Positions 37,633-41,949 of a stretch of DNA of 41,949 nucleotides are shown piece after piece. Origin of the DNA: a virus. Its lineage: Duplodnaviria; Heunggongvirae; Uroviricota; Caudoviricetes. Location: positions 1 to 41,949 of IMG/VR virus record IMGVR_UViG_2558860473_000005; one strand, written 5' to 3'. Numbering within the stretch: the stretch's first letter is position 1; each line of letters begins with the position of its first letter. The translations under genes were made by a program, and so were the position numbers. The notes beneath the pieces are model-generated. The model was given only the letters and a program-made list of their open reading frames with translations, searched no databases and was not told where the DNA came from.

Positions 37633-39441
37633 ATGACAGATTCAATAAATGCCAATGTTGTAGTGAGCATGCCATCGCAACTCTTCACTATGGCTCGTTC
37701 TTTTAAAGCCGTAGCCAATGGCAAAATTTATATCGGTAAAATTGACACTGACCCGGTAAATCCTGAAAACCAGATTCAGGTTTATGTAGAGAACGAAGAC
37801 GGCTCTCACGTTCCTGTTTCTCAACCAATCATCATTAACGCTGCTGGTTACCCAGTATATAACGGACAGATTGCCAAGTTTGTAACCGTGCAAGGCCATT
37901 CTATGGCTGTTTATGATGCGTATGGTGCACAGCAGTTTTATTTTCCTAATGTGCTGAAGTATGACCCTGATCAGTTTGGTCCAGACTTCAAAGAGCAGTT
38001 ATCTCAATCAGGGGAATACATTAATGATGATTCAAAAGGTGATGCATTAATTGGCGTAAGACAGCCCGTTGCCGGGTCGGTAGCTATCACACAGCATGAT
38101 AAAAACGCACAAATAATCAACTTAAAAGATTTTGGTGCTAAGTGCGATGGTGTAACTGATGACACAGTGGCAATTCAGGCTGCTGTAGCTGCTGCGCATA
38201 CTGGTGTCCGTATAGTTCAACCTGCAGGGGTTTGCCTTACATCTCAGCCGTTGTCATTCACTAGTCCTGCATTTTGGTATGGAGATGATGGCGCTCGCAT
38301 TAAGCTCATTAGTGGCAGTCATGACTATGTTATGGAAATTGATCTTCGCGGGCCTAGTGGTTCGTTCTGGGGTTATGGGTCACATATTGAAAACATTATC
38401 TTTGATGGTGGTGGTCACGCAAAAGATGGCCTTTCATTGCGTGGTGTTATCGGAGGTATATTCAAAAATATTCGTGGGACAAATATATCAAGGACCGCTA
38501 TTCATGAATGGTGGACCCAACTTTGCCACTATGAAAATATTCAATGCAGTAATAATATTGAAGCATTCCAAACAACCCCTATTCACGGAATCTTATCTGA
38601 TTGTGAGTTTGGAACTGGTAATGATCGTGGGTCTTCTGCAAATACTTACATGAATACCACTATTGAACATACCTCTGGTAGTGGGATTTGTGGGGTGTTT
38701 ATGTCTAATTGTACATTTATAAATGGCACATCAGAAGGTAACGATATTGGCATTGAGTTTGGTCACGCTACTGATGATAGAAACCAATCAGTTGGGAATT
38801 CAGTTATTGGCATGGATCTTGAAGTTAATTCTTTAACTGATGTGTTATTACATAAAACAACATATGCAAATGACTTTATTGGTCTAAAAGCTGGTTATTC
38901 ATCTCCAGCCATTCAGGTGCAAGGCTCATATGCTAATAGCTTTATTGGTGGAGTAAGCAGTGGTATAGATTTTGACTCATCATCGCATGATAATAAAGTA
39001 ATAGGTATGAATCTTTTAGGCAACGATTCTATCATCGTAGATAACGGGTTAAGAAATTCATATGAGAATATTTTCAATATTTCATCTGGAGCTAAAAAAG
39101 AAAGCACTAACCCTTATCCATCGCGTAGCAACAATATAATTTCATCAAATGGTACTGTGCAAATTAACCCATTTTTATCATCATACTGTGTTGTGTCGGC
39201 TACTGGTTCACCAATTAATGTTACGTCTGTAGCAAAAAAATTAGACGGTGCGACTATTGATATGACTATTCATAACATTTCTGGATCTGATGAATTAATA
39301 GTAAACTGGTCTTCTGACTTCAGAGTTTCTGGATGGACAAGCCCGGCAACAGGGCGCCACCGGTCTATAAGATTTGCTTATGATGCAAACTACGGATACT
39401 GGACTGCTATATCTATGAGTCAGTCAGATATTCTGAACTAA
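37633..39441 (+). CDS. Tailspike protein: P22-type N-terminal head-binding domain plus divergent beta-helix receptor-binding domain, 602 aa
   Basis: First ~115 residues match the P22/Sf6 tailspike N-terminus by recall; the rest has repetitive G/N/S/T-rich strands typical of parallel beta-helix depolymerases. Confidence 0.85.
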   Translation: MTDSINANVVVSMPSQLFTMARSFKAVANGKIYIGKIDTDPVNPENQIQVYVENEDGSHVPVSQPIIINAAGYPVYNGQIAKFVTVQGHSMAVYDAYGAQQFYFPNVLKYDPDQFGPDFKEQLSQSGEYINDDSKGDALIGVRQPVAGSVAITQHDKNAQIINLKDFGAKCDGVTDDTVAIQAAVAAAHTGVRIVQPAGVCLTSQPLSFTSPAFWYGDDGARIKLISGSHDYVMEIDLRGPSGSFWGYGSHIENIIFDGGGHAKDGLSLRGVIGGIFKNIRGTNISRTAIHEWWTQLCHYENIQCSNNIEAFQTTPIHGILSDCEFGTGNDRGSSANTYMNTTIEHTSGSGICGVFMSNCTFINGTSEGNDIGIEFGHATDDRNQSVGNSVIGMDLEVNSLTDVLLHKTTYANDFIGLKAGYSSPAIQVQGSYANSFIGGVSSGIDFDSSSHDNKVIGMNLLGNDSIIVDNGLRNSYENIFNISSGAKKESTNPYPSRSNNIISSNGTVQINPFLSSYCVVSATGSPINVTSVAKKLDGATIDMTIHNISGSDELIVNWSSDFRVSGWTSPATGRHRSIRFAYDANYGYWTAISMSQSDILN

Positions 39442-39453
39442 GATTTATGCTGT

Positions 39454-39476
39454 GGGGGGGATTATTCCCCCTGTTT
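39454..39476 (+). terminator. Terminator between the convergent tailspike and acyltransferase genes
   Basis: Hairpin GGGGGG-attatt-CCCCC followed by TGTTTTACTTT; overlaps the acyltransferase stop. Confidence 0.55.
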
Positions 39477-40595
39477 TACTTTCCTCATATCCACCAGTTT
39501 ACCAGGGATGCTCATAAATATCTTATTTCTAATCTTGTTAGTAAGTATCACTTCAATATATTTATGCGAAAGAAATGCAATAAAAATTGATAAAATTAGT
39601 AAAATAGTGAACCCGTATACATTGTGCATCACACCTGGATTATTAGCCTCAACCTGCCATGAAATGTAACTACCTACCTGGTTATGAAGCAGATACCATG
39701 AGAAGGAAATATCACCAAGCATTACAAAAAATGATGGTGTAATTTTTGTTATAACTTCATCATTTATTACGAACGCCACTAAGAGGAAGTATGCAATGAT
39801 GCCTGTCTTTAAATTATAACCTTCAATAGAACCATTGAAGACTGCAGTCATAAAAATTAATGCCGATATAGCAGTGAATGAGTATTTTAATCTATTGCTC
39901 CATGATTTTGCTGAACGCACTGTGTGCCCAGCAAGGATGCCTAAAGCAAATTCAATTACTATCGGATTTGTTAAAAAGCTAAGTTCTGGAGTACCAGTTT
40001 TATAACCTGAAGTGGATAATGTTACATTTCCAGTCAACATATATCCTACAAGGATAGTTGTCATTATCCATACGACTATGCCAGAGGTTCTTTTATTGAA
40101 TAATAAACAAAGTGCGAATACAAGATAGAAGTATAATTCATAGTTAAGCGTCCATCTAATAACAAATATACCACCAGCATCAACATACAAAGGAGGGTAC
40201 GCATCCGTAAAAGGAGAGAATGTTAAAGCACTCAGTAAGTTTTCCACCTTAGCTTGGTCAACGAAGATTCCAACTTCCCATGTAAAGTAGAAAGCTGTAA
40301 AGAGAGCAATAAAATATGTAGGAAAAATCCTTGTGAGTCTTTCTACGGAAAAGAATATAGCAGACTTTATACCAGATGGCTTACGGCTAGTGATATGCAT
40401 CATAATAAAACCACTTATTACGAAGAACAAATCAACACCAGCAGAACCCCAAGATAAATATTTATTAGGGATAGTTAAATCTCCATACAATGGTGATAAC
40501 CAAAATCTGTAGTGAAAAAGAACTACAGACAATGCAGCTAATCCTCTAAGTATCTGTACTGAGCTAAGTTTATTGTTCATTATTAAACCGATCAC
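39462..40595 (-). CDS. Acyltransferase family 3 (OafA/Oac-like) integral membrane O-acetyltransferase, 377 aa
   Basis: Multi-TM protein with acyltransferase-3-like N-terminal motif (ILRGLAALSVVLFHY); very AT-rich by eye; between tailspike and int, as oac is in Sf6. Confidence 0.75.
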   Translation of the reverse strand: MIGLIMNNKLSSVQILRGLAALSVVLFHYRFWLSPLYGDLTIPNKYLSWGSAGVDLFFVISGFIMMHITSRKPSGIKSAIFFSVERLTRIFPTYFIALFTAFYFTWEVGIFVDQAKVENLLSALTFSPFTDAYPPLYVDAGGIFVIRWTLNYELYFYLVFALCLLFNKRTSGIVVWIMTTILVGYMLTGNVTLSTSGYKTGTPELSFLTNPIVIEFALGILAGHTVRSAKSWSNRLKYSFTAISALIFMTAVFNGSIEGYNLKTGIIAYFLLVAFVINDEVITKITPSFFVMLGDISFSWYLLHNQVGSYISWQVEANNPGVMHNVYGFTILLILSIFIAFLSHKYIEVILTNKIRNKIFMSIPGKLVDMRKVKQGE

Positions 40596-40791
40596 TTTCT
40601 GTAAATGTCATTCACATGATTATGCGATAAAATCCATAGTAATCCATTATAAATTTTTCTATATGAAACATAAGAAAAATTCACTGAGTTGTTGAATTGA
40701 TACATCTCATCTTTCAACGACAATGTCTACAAAACACACAAAGCTTTGCACTGGATTGCAATGATTTGTGTCATTCGATAGTTAATGTGGA

Positions 40792-41949
40792 TCACTCCAC
40801 CTTTTCATCAAGCCAGTCCGCCCACCATTGCATCATTTCTCTGCGCTTATCGAGATACTGAGCATGGTTGTAAATCCCGCGCACAGAACCGCCGTTGGCA
40901 TGTGCCAGCTGCACTTCAATAGCGTCAGCAGGCCATTCGTGCTCGTTCATAATCGTGCTGAATTCATGCCTGAATCCGTGACCGCTTTCCAGACCTTCAT
41001 AGCCGATTTGTTTGATCACAAGCAATACCGCGTTCTCGCAGATTGGCTTCTTCTTATCGTTGCGCCCGGCAAAAACAAACTCTGAGACTGGTTTGGTGAT
41101 TGAGCTTAGCGTAGTGAGAAGTTCAACTACCTGGTCTGACATAGGAACCACATGAATTTTGCGTCCCTTCATCACGCTGGCGTCGATGGTGATAATCCTG
41201 TTTTCAAAATCGACGTTCTTCCATAGCATAGAACGAAGCTCTTTCGTTCTTAGGGCTGTGTAGCGTAAAACTTTGGTCGCAATGAGCGATACGATACTTC
41301 CTGAAAATGTTGCCAGTGCTTTGTTGAATGCCGGGATCTGGTCTGCAGGAAGAAACGGGAAGTTCTTCTTGCGGTATCCTTTCATGGCGTCAGCAAGGTC
41401 AGGTGCCGGGTTATATTTAGCCCTGCCGGTGACAATAGCGTAACGGAAAACCTCGCCGCATCTTCTGCGGGCTTTATTGGCTCGTTCCATTGCACCGCGA
41501 TCTTCAAATCTGCGGATTACTTCCAGCAGTTGCATTGGCTCAATATCCTGAATTTCAAGGCCGCCGATGATAGGTAAAATGTCGTCATCAAACATTTTTG
41601 CAAGTTCAGTCGCATACCCTACTGACCATACTTGCTTCTTGTGCTCGTACCATTCCTTGTAAATCGCACTAAAGGAATTGTTGTTAGACGAAGCCTTTTT
41701 CGCCTTTACCGGATCGATGCCAACCGAGATGTCTTTCCTCGCGGTCCATGCCTTATCCCTTGCCTCCTGCAAAGTCATAAGCGGATATTTTCCTACGGTC
41801 AGTATTTTTTCCTTACCGTCAATCTTGTAGCGAAGCTGCCATACCTTTTTCCCGGATACAGGGACATAAAGGTACAGGCCATTACCATCGAGAAGGCGGT
41901 ATGGTTTTTCTTTCGGCTTTGCTGCTTCAATCTGCTTAACGGTGAGCAT
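40792..41949 (-). CDS. intS: Tyrosine integrase (P4-type phage integrase family; IntS/Sf6 Int-like), 385 aa
   Basis: N-terminal SAM-like domain and C-terminal catalytic domain with conserved R...HGFRH...Y residues; start codon at the last 3 nt of the window. Confidence 0.85.
   Translation of the reverse strand: MLTVKQIEAAKPKEKPYRLLDGNGLYLYVPVSGKKVWQLRYKIDGKEKILTVGKYPLMTLQEARDKAWTARKDISVGIDPVKAKKASSNNNSFSAIYKEWYEHKKQVWSVGYATELAKMFDDDILPIIGGLEIQDIEPMQLLEVIRRFEDRGAMERANKARRRCGEVFRYAIVTGRAKYNPAPDLADAMKGYRKKNFPFLPADQIPAFNKALATFSGSIVSLIATKVLRYTALRTKELRSMLWKNVDFENRIITIDASVMKGRKIHVVPMSDQVVELLTTLSSITKPVSEFVFAGRNDKKKPICENAVLLVIKQIGYEGLESGHGFRHEFSTIMNEHEWPADAIEVQLAHANGGSVRGIYNHAQYLDKRREMMQWWADWLDEKVE

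Larger units (their letters stand above)
1690..41949 (-). mobile_element. Mosaic lambdoid prophage (lambda-like early/lysis modules, Sf6/P22-like morphogenesis) integrated at argW; right end runs past the window
   Basis: Contiguous phage gene set from excisionase to integrase; tRNA-Arg 3'-end fragment at the left junction; integrase at the right window edge. Confidence 0.85.

Overview
The window is almost entirely one mosaic lambdoid prophage (about 1690 to beyond 41949, roughly 40 kb) lying next to a host sucrose permease gene (cscB-like, 1..1248). The left junction carries 3'-end fragments of tRNA-Arg (argW) and a TorI/AlpA-type excisionase; a P4-family tyrosine integrase (IntS-like) sits at the right edge, so the intact tRNA is expected just beyond the window. 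The early region is lambda-like and transcribed leftward from PL: nutL, N, a cIII-like gene, a RecT/Gp157 recombination module, Ea22-like and DUF551 accessory genes. The immunity region is hybrid (CI with a lambda-type C-terminal domain but a non-lambda DNA-binding domain, an XRE-type Cro, lambda nutR and cII). Replication is P22-like (O-like initiator with internal iterons, DnaB-type helicase), followed by nin genes (ninB, ninE, ninF, Rha-like, YbcO-like, rusA, ninH), lambda Q, PR'/6S/tR' and the lambda S-R-Rz/Rz1 lysis cassette. Morphogenesis is Sf6/P22-like podovirus type (small and large terminase, portal, scaffold, coat, gp4, gp10, needle, gp14, three ejection proteins, tailspike), with an immI-like mnt/arc/ant region and an acyltransferase-3 gene between tailspike and int. 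The best candidate for an undescribed system is a visibly AT-rich three-gene cassette (34979..36079, minus strand) tightly linked to mnt at the position P22 uses for sieA: one soluble protein plus two single-pass membrane coiled-coil proteins. All protein identifications are from recall of families and sequences, not database searches; coordinates of non-ORF features are hand-read and may be off by a few bp.
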